Position numbers and translations under genes: made by a program
Shown here: positions 48,422-58,719 of the stretch, in pieces
How the letters are laid out: every line of letters begins with the position of its first letter
Numbering within the stretch: the stretch's first letter is position 1
NCBI GenBank assembly: GCA_965197905.1
Contig: CBDAOB010000005.1
Location: 1,824,001-1,888,000, forward strand
Direction: 5' to 3'
DNA from: Candidatus Latescibacterota bacterium
GTDB taxonomy: Bacteria > Latescibacterota > UBA2968 > UBA8231
Length of the DNA stretch: 64,000 bases
The notes under the pieces: generated by a model
Seen by the model: only the letters and a program-made list of their open reading frames with translations
Told to the model about the DNA's origin: nothing
The model's database searches: none

Positions 48422-49333
48422 ATGGCAAAGAAGTCAGCGTTTACTGTAGGCGTTGTCGGAGTCGGTCGCATGGGCGCTAACATCGCCTTACACCTGAAGG
48501 ACGACGGTTTTTCGGTTACCTCCGTCTACGACTCACACCAGCCAACTGCTCGCGCCGCCGCCCGCAAGCTGGGTCTCAAACCGGCAAAAAACCTGGCCGA
48601 GGTTACGTCGGCGGCGTCGGTGGTGATCACCGTTGTCACCGACGACCGTTCCATGCGCGACATCTTTTCGGTCCGCGGCGACTCGTTGTTGAAAGATGCC
48701 AAAGGCACGGTATTCATCAACTGCGCAACCATCAGTCCGGCGGTCCACCAGGAGGTTGAAAAGAAAGCCAAAGCGACAGGGGCCTCGACGTTGGAAGGTT
48801 GCATGGCCAGCAGCATTACCCAGGCACGGGAAGGCACACTCTACCTCATGTGCGGTGGCAAGCGTAGCGTCTTCGACAAGGTCCGGCCCATTCTCGACTC
48901 CATGAGCGTGAGTTTGCGTTATATCGGACCAACCGGATCGGCGGCCAAGGTCAAAGCACTGGTCAACATGGTGATGAATATCAACACGGCCGGCCTGGCC
49001 GAGGGTTTGGGACTGGGCAAGGCTTTGAAGCTCGACCTCAAGGTCCTCATGGAGGTCTTCTCGCAGACCGGAGCCAATGCTCGCGTCCTCGAGACCGACG
49101 GGGAAGATATGGTTGCACGGGATCATGAGTGTTATTTTTCCGCTGACCATGCCGCCAAGGACTCCGGAATCGCCTTGAAGCTGGCACAGGAAGCCGGTTT
49201 GAATATGCCGCTGGCCAGGGCTACCAAAGCACAGTTTGAACGGATGAAAAAGATGGGCCTCGGCGAGCTCGACAAATCCGGCGTGGCCGAACTGACGTTT
49301 CCAGGTCGTAGAGGCTCGCGGAAGAAGAAGTAG
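48422..49333 (+). CDS. NAD(P)-dependent beta-hydroxyacid dehydrogenase family protein
   Basis: VGVGRMGANIA, INCATISP, KVKALVN, AAKDSGIA; SD GGAG before ATG. Confidence 0.9.
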   Translation: MAKKSAFTVGVVGVGRMGANIALHLKDDGFSVTSVYDSHQPTARAAARKLGLKPAKNLAEVTSAASVVITVVTDDRSMRDIFSVRGDSLLKDAKGTVFINCATISPAVHQEVEKKAKATGASTLEGCMASSITQAREGTLYLMCGGKRSVFDKVRPILDSMSVSLRYIGPTGSAAKVKALVNMVMNINTAGLAEGLGLGKALKLDLKVLMEVFSQTGANARVLETDGEDMVARDHECYFSADHAAKDSGIALKLAQEAGLNMPLARATKAQFERMKKMGLGELDKSGVAELTFPGRRGSRKKK

Positions 49334-49403
49334 CTCATAACATCCTCAAGAATTGGAAATGGGGTGGTCCGGCCAACGACGACCCACCCCGCTATTTTGC
49401 GTC

Positions 49404-50609
49404 TCAGGTCTCGACGCCGGGCGCTCTGGACTCCAGAGACCACCACATCCATGCCGCAGTCGCCACAAAGAGCACCGACGTCGAATAGAATGCGGCGGGA
49501 AAACCGTAGGCCGCACCTAGATTGGCACCAACGACCGGTCCGATGGCAAAACCGAACGCACCGGCGCTCGTCGTAATACCGAACGCTTTACCGCGATTAT
49601 CCGCCCGCACGATGTCCGCAATCATGACGTTCGCCAGCGGCCGAATCGCTCCAAACGCGACTCCCCCCAGAACAGTAACGATTGCGAGGCTGTCAACGGT
49701 CGCAGCACTTCCCTGGGCAGCCAGAAAAATCCCGGTTCCCAACAACGCGCAGATCATGGTCTTCTTGGCCCCGAATCGGGTGGTCCATTTTCCGGCAAGA
49801 AGGGAGGCGCCGGCGCTGGTCAAACCCCGCAGCGCAAATACAAGCCCGGCCACTGCAACGACGTTGGCGCCCCCGGCAAGCTGCTGCAGGTAGAGTGGCA
49901 ACACGGGCATGACAAAACCGAAAGAGAATTGAATAAACACCATGCCGACAAGCAGAATTCCGAACGACCTGCTATTCAACAGGCGACGACTGTCGCGAAC
50001 GAAGCTGCCGGGACCTTTCTGTGGAATCGAATCATCGGACTTGGAATCGTCCCTTATCTTCAGCTGGACGGCCAATCCAGCCGCTATCACCGTCGCGCCT
50101 GCCAAAACGAAGCAGCTTTGAAACCCCCATTTCTCTATCAGAGGTCCTCCGATCAGAGGACCCAGTGAAGCCCCGAGCATAATCGCCGCCTGCATCAAAC
50201 CCATGGCATAACCCAGTTCCGATCTAGGGGCAGCTTTGGATACCAGAATGACACAGGCAGTCACGCTGCCGGCCATCATGCCGTGAAATATGCGGGCGGC
50301 AAACAGCTGCTCGACGGTTGTGGCCTGGCTCATGAGTAGAACCGCGATACCCCCGCCGACCATGGAACGCACGACCATCGGCTTGGCACCGAAGCGATCC
50401 GCCATGTATCCCCACACCGGCGCGAATAGTGCCATTGCGAGCCCCCCCGCCGTTTCCATATACCCCGACCATATCAGCGCCTCCGACAGTTCGGTGATAC
50501 CAAACTGCTGTATGTAGTAGGGTAGGAACGGTTGCACCGCCTGAAACCCGACGAGGGCGACGGTCTCCACCACTAACAACAGGTAGAAATTTTGTTTCCA
50601 GGAATTCAT
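49404..50609 (-). CDS. MFS transporter (DHA1/MdtG-like)
   Basis: About 12 TM helices; motif A WGYMADRFGAK; LGPLIGG. Confidence 0.9.
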   Translation of the reverse strand: MNSWKQNFYLLLVVETVALVGFQAVQPFLPYYIQQFGITELSEALIWSGYMETAGGLAMALFAPVWGYMADRFGAKPMVVRSMVGGGIAVLLMSQATTVEQLFAARIFHGMMAGSVTACVILVSKAAPRSELGYAMGLMQAAIMLGASLGPLIGGPLIEKWGFQSCFVLAGATVIAAGLAVQLKIRDDSKSDDSIPQKGPGSFVRDSRRLLNSRSFGILLVGMVFIQFSFGFVMPVLPLYLQQLAGGANVVAVAGLVFALRGLTSAGASLLAGKWTTRFGAKKTMICALLGTGIFLAAQGSAATVDSLAIVTVLGGVAFGAIRPLANVMIADIVRADNRGKAFGITTSAGAFGFAIGPVVGANLGAAYGFPAAFYSTSVLFVATAAWMWWSLESRAPGVET

Positions 50610-50676
50610 CGACAACATTGAAAAAGGGCGGTCCCACACCGGAGACCACCCCCACGCTCTGCAAAGGCATAAGGAT

Positions 50677-51810
50677 TCAACGAAGGGCTGAAACGCCACC
50701 TCCCTTGAGGGCCCTGTCCACTTCCTTCTCCACATCTTTCTGTGTTACCATACTCGTATCGCCCGGAGTCTCCTGCACGAGGATGCCATGGGTCGCTCCC
50801 CACTGTACCGCAACATCCAGATCCCGTCCCTGAAGAAGTGCAGCAATTACGCCCGCCGCGAACGAATCCCCTCCGCCTGTGCGGTCGGCGATTTCTATCC
50901 CCTCCCGTACGGTTGCCTGGTGCACTCTATCGCGTTCGACGTCATACAGTACGGCACCCCAGTTGATGCGATCGGCGCTGAGGGCACCGCGAAGCTGTGT
51001 GCCGATAAGCTTGAGGTTGGGGAATTCGGTGGACACCGCTTTGAGTGTGCCGACGTACGCCTCGAGCCACTGGTCAAACCCCGACTCTGTGCTTGGCGGC
51101 TGAACGTCGAATCCCAGAGCATCGCAGAAATCATCCTGATTGCCCAGCAGAAAATCCACATTCGGCACGATCCCCCGGTTGATCTCTCGCGCCTTCTCCT
51201 TGTCGGGTTCCACCTTCGATCGGTAGTTAAGATCGAAGGAGCGACGCGTACCATGTCTTGCTGCCGCCTCCATAGCTTCTTTGGCAAGACCTGCGGTTTT
51301 GGCGGACAAGAGGGTGTAGATTCCGCCGGTGCTGAACCAGCGCACGCCCAGATCTCCGAAAAGGTAATCCCAGTCCACATCCCCCGGACCCACCTCGCGC
51401 ACCGGAGTGTGTGCTCTGTAGTACTCCGTAACCGAAGGCAACACCCCCTTCCCGGCCCAGGTAAAGTTTATGCCGTTGTGAAGGGTGCCTTTGCCGTCGG
51501 TGCACCAGTCCCCCACGCCGCCTGTGTCGAACCAGATAATATGGTCGGTGGCGACGCCCGCCTCGCGCAGTTGATTCTCGACGTTTCTGCCGATCCCGTC
51601 ATCGACCAATGCCGTAACCACAGCAGTGCGCATCCCGAATGCGCTGCTCAACCCTTCTGCGACGTTAGTTTCCCCTCCGCCATGCCAGATTCGTGCGGTT
51701 CGGGCGCGCGCCGTCGGAACATCCCCGGGGTCGATCCGCAGCAATACCTCGCCCAAAGCGATGGCATCAAACCGGCACTCCGGAGCCTTGCGAAGGTGTA
51801 AAACACCCAT
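50677..51810 (-). CDS. kdgK: PfkB sugar kinase, 2-keto-3-deoxygluconate kinase-like
   Basis: LGEVLLR, GGGETNVA, SFDLNYR, DRTGGGDSFAAG, TPGD. Confidence 0.8.
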   Translation of the reverse strand: MGVLHLRKAPECRFDAIALGEVLLRIDPGDVPTARARTARIWHGGGETNVAEGLSSAFGMRTAVVTALVDDGIGRNVENQLREAGVATDHIIWFDTGGVGDWCTDGKGTLHNGINFTWAGKGVLPSVTEYYRAHTPVREVGPGDVDWDYLFGDLGVRWFSTGGIYTLLSAKTAGLAKEAMEAAARHGTRRSFDLNYRSKVEPDKEKAREINRGIVPNVDFLLGNQDDFCDALGFDVQPPSTESGFDQWLEAYVGTLKAVSTEFPNLKLIGTQLRGALSADRINWGAVLYDVERDRVHQATVREGIEIADRTGGGDSFAAGVIAALLQGRDLDVAVQWGATHGILVQETPGDTSMVTQKDVEKEVDRALKGGGVSALR

Positions 51811-51813
51811 CTG

Positions 51814-52689
51814 CTAACTGCTTCTCCTAATGGGTACCGACCTGCCGTTGCTCGCCAGCGATTTTTCCAAGGCCTGTAGCGCGGCGACCGGACCGAGCAT
51901 CGAATTCTCCGTCTCGTCGGTGCGCCCGGTGTTGAATGTCTTGACGAATGCCCGTATGCCCGAAAGGTATGGACTCTCGTCGAACTCGATCACCTGGTCG
52001 GCGCGACCCCGCTCCCCGACGGCACTCAAGTGGAATTCGGCTTCTCTCCCACCCACCAGATTGAAGCAGGCCATCTCTCCTCCTTTGAAACCCAGATTTG
52101 CCACATGGGTGTTACCGCGCCCCCGAGTGAGTCGTGCGAAGCTCAAGTCGTATCCCAAAAGGCGCAACGCCATGTCCACCTGATGGATGCCGTAGAAGAA
52201 AATACCTCCCCAAGGCGAACGGATTTCACAAGGCCCCGTGGCTACTACCAGCCTTAGCCGGCCCAGCCTGCGCACCTTGCTGGTGAAATCCTTGAAAGCC
52301 CTTTGATGAGGCAGCGTCGAGAACGAGCTTACCGGTACGGCCAGCTCGTGCGCCCGCTTCAAGAATCTTCGCCCTTCGGCCACGCGATAGCAGAAGGGTT
52401 TGTCGACAAAGAGAGGCAGCTTCGCCTCGAGCAACGGTCTCGCCGCAGGCAGATGATGTTTAGCGTGTCTATGGTCGACGACGACGGCGTCTACGGCGCC
52501 GATCAGATCGATCGGTGAACGCACGATATGCGGAATATCACCTTCCGCTGCCGCGCGTTTCGCATACACGTCACGTTCGCCCCACACGTGAGTGACCCGC
52601 GCGCCTCGAACCCTGGCCTCGCGATTCACCACCCTTGCTATGGCGGCCGTGTGGCTGTTTTCCGCCCCGACGATTCCGATGTTGATCAA
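51814..52689 (-). CDS. Gfo/Idh/MocA oxidoreductase
   Basis: IGIVGAENSH, FVDKPF, FFYGIH; TTG start chosen. Confidence 0.85.
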   Translation of the reverse strand: MINIGIVGAENSHTAAIARVVNREARVRGARVTHVWGERDVYAKRAAAEGDIPHIVRSPIDLIGAVDAVVVDHRHAKHHLPAARPLLEAKLPLFVDKPFCYRVAEGRRFLKRAHELAVPVSSFSTLPHQRAFKDFTSKVRRLGRLRLVVATGPCEIRSPWGGIFFYGIHQVDMALRLLGYDLSFARLTRGRGNTHVANLGFKGGEMACFNLVGGREAEFHLSAVGERGRADQVIEFDESPYLSGIRAFVKTFNTGRTDETENSMLGPVAALQALEKSLASNGRSVPIRRSS

Positions 52690-52693
52690 CGCC

Positions 52694-52823
52694 CTACGCT
52701 TTCTCCAAAGACCAGATCGACAAGGCGGTTTTTCCAAGAACCCAAATTTCCGGAGTGCGATCGTGTTTCGGAGGATGGGGGGTTCTCCTTCCATACGTGG
52801 ACGTGGAGATCAACTATTTGCAT
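52694..52823 (-). pseudogene. Amidohydrolase remnant (N- and C-termini only)
   Basis: ATG 52823 gives MQIVDLHVHVW (DxHxH metal motif). Another frame ends WVLGKTALSIWSLEKA*, typical of amidohydrolase C-termini. The middle is absent. Confidence 0.6.
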
Positions 52824-52840
52824 TTCGGTTCCCTCAGGGC

Positions 52841-54667
52841 TCACCGGCGGATATAACGCGAGGCGTAAGAGCGGACCGCCTTGCCGTTTAGAACGTGAAA
52901 CCTCCGCAACCGATCGATAGTCGCACCTGAGAACCTCTTCAAAGGCAGATACACCAGCTGGCGTTTGCTCTGCCGAGCCAAATGCCTCCATCTGGAACGG
53001 GGTGGCACCGGAGAGACCAAGACCACCCGGCGTTCCCTGGAATGCAGCAACGCAGCCACCAGCAGATGTTCTTCCAGCGACCTGGCGTGGGCAAACCTCG
53101 GATCGTGCCAGATGTCCGGAATCGGGCGCGGAGGAAACATGAAGAAACATCCTCCGTATCGGGCTTGACCAATGCCCGGTCCCACGAGGTTGTCGCGAAA
53201 TGGCGTTGCGAAAAACGCTAGAGTGGATTCCTCCTCATGTTCGGCGAACCAGGTGCCGCGCCAGCGGTAGATCTCTTCGTCTGCCGGTGAATCGAATATG
53301 AAAACGACCACCTCTACATTCCCGGTGGTTGCAGGGATCTCCCGCACGTATAGATCTCCCGTATGCCAGTTCCGCAGCGACTCGCGGACGTCGAGCCCGT
53401 CCTTCAAGGAAGAGGTGAACTTTTCAGTGCGAGCGAGATCCTCCCCCATGAGCAACCTCGCCTGCTCACGCACGTGTTGCTGAAAGTTCTCAATGCGATG
53501 GTCCTCCGGGGGATAGGAACATTGGGTAAAAGGATCCCACTGGAGCTCCCAGTTTCGCCGTTTGGGAGCCGGAGGTGTAGGCCGTAGTGGAAGCTTGCGC
53601 CAGATGCGTGGAATACCCTCCAATCGGTTCTTGCAGGGCTTGGGATTTCCCTCGGCGTCGACCAGCTTGCCGTCGCCCATACGCAATTCCTCGACCTCGC
53701 TGGGGAGAAGCTGGGCTGGGTATTCCCGTGAAGCTTCCACCACCGCCAATGCGTAGTCGTCGTCCACGACCTGCTTGGCGGCGAGGGCCAGGTTGTAAAG
53801 ATCCGGGGCCAGCCGCCCATCCAGTACCGTCAGGTTTCGCAGGTAGGTCAGCAGTTGCGACAAACGCTGGGGAGTAAGACGATCCCGTTCCTCAGCCAGG
53901 TAGTCCCGGGCCCGGAGCAGCAGACTCTTGACGCCGTCGATCGATTGAGATTCGTCGGCCAGGAGCTCAGCTCTGCGGTGCTCGTATATCTGGGTAATGA
54001 AGGGTAACTCTCCGAGAACAAAGCAGAGACTCTCCGTCGCCGCCCGAAACATCTGCGGCATGCCAGCCCCCGGTTCGTGTTTCTGGAAGGGGAGACGCTC
54101 CATATAGGCGCTGCGAATCCAGGGCCAGTCCGGGGCCGAACAGACCAGCACGATGCACTCGTACTCCAGCTCCAGAACATGCAGTTCGTGCGCCATTCTG
54201 GCGATCCGACGCAACCGTTGGCCCTCCTCGGGTGCCGGCAAGGTGGCCACCAAAGCTGTTAAGAACTTTTCAAGAGGCAGTTTCGCCAGAGCATACGGAT
54301 CCGGAATATTGACACTCTCGGATTCGTAGTCCGCGACCTCCAGGTCGATGTAGGCGCGATCCAGACCGGAATCCATCGCCTCGCGAATCGCGGCGATAAC
54401 TGCCTGACACGGATCTACAGGTACGTAGTTACAGGATCCGACCGGCGTGGCTTCCTCCTGCAAGACCACCGAAATCTGGGGCAGCAGACCGACCGCCTCC
54501 TCTACCGGTGCTGCAAAGGAGGGCGGCAACGCTACTGCCAGGCAATCACAATTGGCTCGTTTGAGCCGCTTCCTGGTCTCCCTGGCGAACTCGGCGCTCC
54601 CGTGGACGACCGGAAGCACGGCCACGCGATCACTGAAATCGAGAACGGGATCATGAAGCTTGGTCAT
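52841..54667 (-). CDS. Conserved hypothetical MoxR partner (TraB/ChaN-like N-domain, degenerate vWA-like C-region)
   Basis: LPVVHGS...LAVALP...PVDPCQ...R.ARMA; C-region [12 protein letters not shown]...VVVFIFD; start overlaps the MoxR stop region. Confidence 0.65.
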   Translation of the reverse strand: MTKLHDPVLDFSDRVAVLPVVHGSAEFARETRKRLKRANCDCLAVALPPSFAAPVEEAVGLLPQISVVLQEEATPVGSCNYVPVDPCQAVIAAIREAMDSGLDRAYIDLEVADYESESVNIPDPYALAKLPLEKFLTALVATLPAPEEGQRLRRIARMAHELHVLELEYECIVLVCSAPDWPWIRSAYMERLPFQKHEPGAGMPQMFRAATESLCFVLGELPFITQIYEHRRAELLADESQSIDGVKSLLLRARDYLAEERDRLTPQRLSQLLTYLRNLTVLDGRLAPDLYNLALAAKQVVDDDYALAVVEASREYPAQLLPSEVEELRMGDGKLVDAEGNPKPCKNRLEGIPRIWRKLPLRPTPPAPKRRNWELQWDPFTQCSYPPEDHRIENFQQHVREQARLLMGEDLARTEKFTSSLKDGLDVRESLRNWHTGDLYVREIPATTGNVEVVVFIFDSPADEEIYRWRGTWFAEHEEESTLAFFATPFRDNLVGPGIGQARYGGCFFMFPPRPIPDIWHDPRFAHARSLEEHLLVAALLHSRERRVVLVSPVPPRSRWRHLARQSKRQLVYLPLKRFSGATIDRLRRFHVLNGKAVRSYASRYIRR

Positions 54668-55604
54668 CTTCGCCGCCGGGATGCAACGGATCGTCCTCGT
54701 CGAAGAAAAAATCCTGCATCTCCATCGCTGAAAAATCGGCTCCCATGTTACGCTGTCGGGCGCCCGCCAATTCTTCGAGGTTGACTGCTTCTTCGCCAAG
54801 CACTCGAATCAGGGATTCCTTCCAAGCCTCGTCCCGGGCAACAGGGTGATCTACCTGTTGAGAGATCCGTTTCAGTGCGAACCGGACGATGTTGATGCCG
54901 TCCCGAGGTGAAAATTCGAGGTCGAGAGCGTGGGCCTTTTGCAGGAAATCGACCGTAAGCCCGAGGATTTCCTCTTCGGCAAAAGGCAGATGGTAACGCA
55001 TGATCGCCAATTCGTCGGCCCGGTTGGGAAACCCCAACTCAAGGGTCGGCTGCAGACGCGACAGGATGTAGTCGGGAACCTCATAGGTGGATTCGTCATC
55101 GTTCATGGTCACGCAACAGCGAAACGAGTCGTGCGCCGGGAGCGTAATACCAGCTACTACCGACTCCACATACCTGCGGTGATCGAGCAGAGGGGCGAGT
55201 GAAGCCCAGCTCTTCTCGTTCATGCGATTCCCTTCATCCACTACGCATACCCCTCCCGTGAGCATGGCCGACACCAACGGAGACGCGTGGTAAGCAATCT
55301 TTCCGCTCTCAGCCAGCACCGGCGTTATGAGCAGGTCCTCCGGTCGGGTGTCACTGGTGGCCTGGTAGATGTATAATGGCTGCGACCGGCGCCGTGCTCC
55401 GGCCATAGCCAAAGTCGTCTTGCCAATTCCGGGTGGACCGATGAGCCTGGGAGATAGGGGCAGGTCTTTTTCATCCAGAACCAGCCAACAGGCCAGCAAC
55501 TCGTGAAGGGAGGTGCTCTGGCCGATCCACTCTTCGTCGGATTCGACGGGTGGGCTCAGCTGCAAGACAACCCCGTCCACTTCGATCTGTCTAGATGCGT
55601 TCAT
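54651..55604 (-). CDS. MoxR/CbbQ-like AAA+ ATPase
   Basis: Walker A GPPGIGKT, Walker B VVDEGNR, VTMN, ILSRL, FSPRD. Confidence 0.9.
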   Translation of the reverse strand: MNASRQIEVDGVVLQLSPPVESDEEWIGQSTSLHELLACWLVLDEKDLPLSPRLIGPPGIGKTTLAMAGARRRSQPLYIYQATSDTRPEDLLITPVLAESGKIAYHASPLVSAMLTGGVCVVDEGNRMNEKSWASLAPLLDHRRYVESVVAGITLPAHDSFRCCVTMNDDESTYEVPDYILSRLQPTLELGFPNRADELAIMRYHLPFAEEEILGLTVDFLQKAHALDLEFSPRDGINIVRFALKRISQQVDHPVARDEAWKESLIRVLGEEAVNLEELAGARQRNMGADFSAMEMQDFFFDEDDPLHPGGEDDQAS

Positions 55605-55714
55605 ACCTCGATGGGAAACAGATGGGACTGGAACTGTGGGAACCACCCGGGGGAAGCGCTTGGACGGCCCCGGAATTTATGCTTTTTGTCGAGCCGGCTC
55701 AAGCGCCGCCGAAC

Positions 55715-57283
55715 CTAGGATGGCCGTATCGTGCTGGCTCCCGAGCCAGGGACGACACCCAATCCTGACGCCGGTATCTGGATTCCCAGGTCCTCCTCCA
55801 GGTAGCGACCCAATGCTGGGATGCTGGATCGCTCCACCAGACCCCCGATGCTGCCACCCCATCCCGCTCCGAGCCGCTGGACAGCTCCAGCGCTGTTGCC
55901 GGCCGAGCAACCGAGAAAAGCGTTCACCTTCGCTGCGACTCGATCGTAGGCCGGAGTCATTCTCCCGTAGCCACCCGGTTGATAGCAGAGGGCGCACTCG
56001 TCGGGACCTAGGTGTGATCGCTCCATTAGATCTTCAATCTCTTCATTGGTGAGATCAACGTCCCCTTCCCCGCGGTGAGAGATGCGTATGAGATCCAGTA
56101 CCCGCTTGACGTTTCCGTCTCGCAGGAATGCGAATGACTTGTTAACCCTATCGTGCTCAGCAATACCAAACAACGTGCGTCGACGCAGATACAGTGGGGT
56201 ATCGAACCCGATCGCCGGAAAGGGATCGCGAATAGCCTCTTCGAAAAATCTCCGAAACGCAGACTGGGCGCCCGCCTGCCGAGCCTTGCGCTCAATCTTG
56301 GCTAACGTCGTTTCGCGAGGTAGCTGCAGCAACAACGTATATATCGCTTCCAACCCGAGATCCAACTCACCGAACAGATCTCCCAGATCAAGTATCGTTT
56401 GCGTTGCGCCAGGTGTTATCCCGGCGAACGCCGGCTCATTCAGCAGTCCCGGCAGGATAACATGGCGAATCAGGAACAGACTCAGCGGGTATGCCGCTGC
56501 GGATTCCTGCTTGCAGATGTCGTCGTAGATTCGCTCTACACCGCTGTCGAAGACGACAGCAGCATAGTTTGACGGCATGGCCGTCTGGCCAAGATTCCGG
56601 GTGGGCAAAGCACCGATGCAGACGAGTGCACCCTTTTCGGCGTATATCATGGTCCCGTGGTCAGCGGTTCCTCCGCGGGTACCGCAGAGCCACTCAGACG
56701 AACCAATTCCATCGATGAGCTCTCCCATGTCCAGCTCGACCCACGGATCCCAACCCTGGGCGGCCATACAAGCGATCGCAATCGACACAACCAGTGCAGA
56801 TGAGGAACTCATGCCGCCTATCGGGGGGACATTGCTCCAGACCAGCAAATCGAGACCCTTAATGGGCCGAATGTCTCGAAAGTAGCTTTCGAGGAAAATC
56901 AGCACACCGAGAGGCAATAGCTCCCACTGGGAGGTGAGGGTGTCGGTCGTTGAGCGGGCGTTACAGACATCGACGGCATATCGTTTGAAGCGCTCGGGGG
57001 TCGCAACGCGATCATCTGGAATGCATTGTTCGAGATCGAACTGGGCTGGAGGAAACTCGGGATCGGTCCCTCCAGACTCGACCACGGATCGGATGCGAAC
57101 GGTGCCGTCCTGGCGCGGGCGCGCGAGCGTCACTGTTTCGAGCCCTTTGATGGCGAGCCTGAGAGAGGGCATGCCACCATAGTCGAGATGCATGCCCATC
57201 AGGTTCATTTGAGCTGGACACCTGCCGATTGCACAGGCGCCAGCGGCACCGTACTCCACCTCGAAGAGCGACAGGATATGCAA
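55715..57283 (-). CDS. GHMP kinase, galactokinase-like
   Basis: NLMGMHLDY, SNVPPIGGMSSSSA, GGTADH, LGAGWGG. The frame stays open about 50 codons upstream without a start codon, so the 5' end is uncertain. Confidence 0.8.
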   Translation of the reverse strand: MHILSLFEVEYGAAGACAIGRCPAQMNLMGMHLDYGGMPSLRLAIKGLETVTLARPRQDGTVRIRSVVESGGTDPEFPPAQFDLEQCIPDDRVATPERFKRYAVDVCNARSTTDTLTSQWELLPLGVLIFLESYFRDIRPIKGLDLLVWSNVPPIGGMSSSSALVVSIAIACMAAQGWDPWVELDMGELIDGIGSSEWLCGTRGGTADHGTMIYAEKGALVCIGALPTRNLGQTAMPSNYAAVVFDSGVERIYDDICKQESAAAYPLSLFLIRHVILPGLLNEPAFAGITPGATQTILDLGDLFGELDLGLEAIYTLLLQLPRETTLAKIERKARQAGAQSAFRRFFEEAIRDPFPAIGFDTPLYLRRRTLFGIAEHDRVNKSFAFLRDGNVKRVLDLIRISHRGEGDVDLTNEEIEDLMERSHLGPDECALCYQPGGYGRMTPAYDRVAAKVNAFLGCSAGNSAGAVQRLGAGWGGSIGGLVERSSIPALGRYLEEDLGIQIPASGLGVVPGSGASTIRPS

Positions 57284-57521
57284 GTATCTCCGTTGCCAAC
57301 GGCCTGCATCCGGCCCGTATACATCTGAAATTGCGGGAAACAGGTTGCCGCCGAGAAGCCGGCGCCAGGTTTGCGAGGAGGCGAGAAACCTGCCGCTAGG
57401 AATCGCCGGCCTCTGGCATGACGCTCGCTTCCACTAGCAATTCCACCGCCTCGAACCGATGCCGCTTATACCTAAATTGACCTGCCAGCACAGTCCCCCA
57501 ATCGGACACGAATCTCTGCGC

Positions 57522-58586
57522 TCATGGAATGAATCTGGTTTTGTCATCAACAGCGAGGACAAACTGGGAAAGCAGCTCGATGGTGTGCTCCAGGTCACGC
57601 AGATCGATAACCTCGACGGGAGTGTGCATGTAACGCAGTGCCACACCAACGAGCCCGGTAGCCACACCCGATCGGCTCAGCTGCATGGCGTTGGCATCGG
57701 TGCCTGTAGCACCGGGTTCCGCTTGAATCTGGTGGGGAATTTTCCTTTTCTCAGCAATCCCGATTAGTCTCTCGAAAACTACAGGATTGACATTCGCTCC
57801 ACGCGCAATCACCGGTCCTTTTCCCAATGCGAGATCGCCCACCTGCCGTTTGTCCACCTCCGGGTGATCCGTAGCGCAGGTTACGTCCAGCGCGATGCCC
57901 ACCAAGGGATTGATACCGTAGGTGCTGGTTTGCGCACCACGCAGTCCCACCTCTTCCTGTACCGTGGCCACTGAGTAGAGCGCTGCGCGCAACGGTTCCT
58001 TTGCTCGGGCGACCTCCCTCATCGTTTCGGCCACTATAAAAGCGCCCATCTTGTTGTCGAATCCCCGGGAGGTAGCCAGGTTGCGGCGCAGCATCTCGAA
58101 GCTCGGATCGTAGGTGACCGGATCGCCGATCGAAACCAGTTTGCGCGCTTCCTTGGCGTCCCGGGCACCGATATCGATCCACATCTCATGCTTCTCGGGT
58201 ACCTTTCTGCGTTCCTCGCTCCTCATGAGATGTATCGGCTTCTTGCCGACCACTCCCAAAATCGTACCTCGTTTGGTGTGAATCCTCACCTTGCGGCCGG
58301 ATATGGTTCCCAGATCAAATCCCCCTACGGTATCGAAGTGTAGAAAACCGCTATCGGCTATGTGGAGAATCTGAAAGCCCAATTCATCCATGTGTCCTGC
58401 CAACATGATGCGCGGCGTAGCTCCCCCATTCAACACGGCGATCGCGTTGCCGTGCACATCCACCGTGACCGAGTCGGCATGGCGCCCAGCTTCGGCGGTC
58501 CAGACGGAGCGTACCGGGCCCTCGTACCCCGATGGGCTTGGGGCGGTAACCAGATCCTTGAGAAATTTTACTGATGATTTCCGCAT
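57522..58586 (-). CDS. M42 family aminopeptidase
   Basis: SPSGYE, AGHMDELG, FDNKMG, QEEVGLRGA, ALDVT, GTDA, RYMHTPVE. Confidence 0.93.
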   Translation of the reverse strand: MRKSSVKFLKDLVTAPSPSGYEGPVRSVWTAEAGRHADSVTVDVHGNAIAVLNGGATPRIMLAGHMDELGFQILHIADSGFLHFDTVGGFDLGTISGRKVRIHTKRGTILGVVGKKPIHLMRSEERRKVPEKHEMWIDIGARDAKEARKLVSIGDPVTYDPSFEMLRRNLATSRGFDNKMGAFIVAETMREVARAKEPLRAALYSVATVQEEVGLRGAQTSTYGINPLVGIALDVTCATDHPEVDKRQVGDLALGKGPVIARGANVNPVVFERLIGIAEKRKIPHQIQAEPGATGTDANAMQLSRSGVATGLVGVALRYMHTPVEVIDLRDLEHTIELLSQFVLAVDDKTRFIP

Positions 58587-58719
58587 CCTTCTTCTTTCCT
58601 GAGGACGTGAGGGGTCCGAATCAGAGGTTCAGCCTGCCGCCCGGCGAGCAGACGAAGCGTTGCACTTGCGTGTTGCTTGTCGGCTCCAGCGGGCGATGCT
58701 AAGTTCCCGTGAGGCAATC

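Noticed and set aside
50788..51801. 337-aa + strand ORF
   Set aside because: Shadow of the PfkB kinase.
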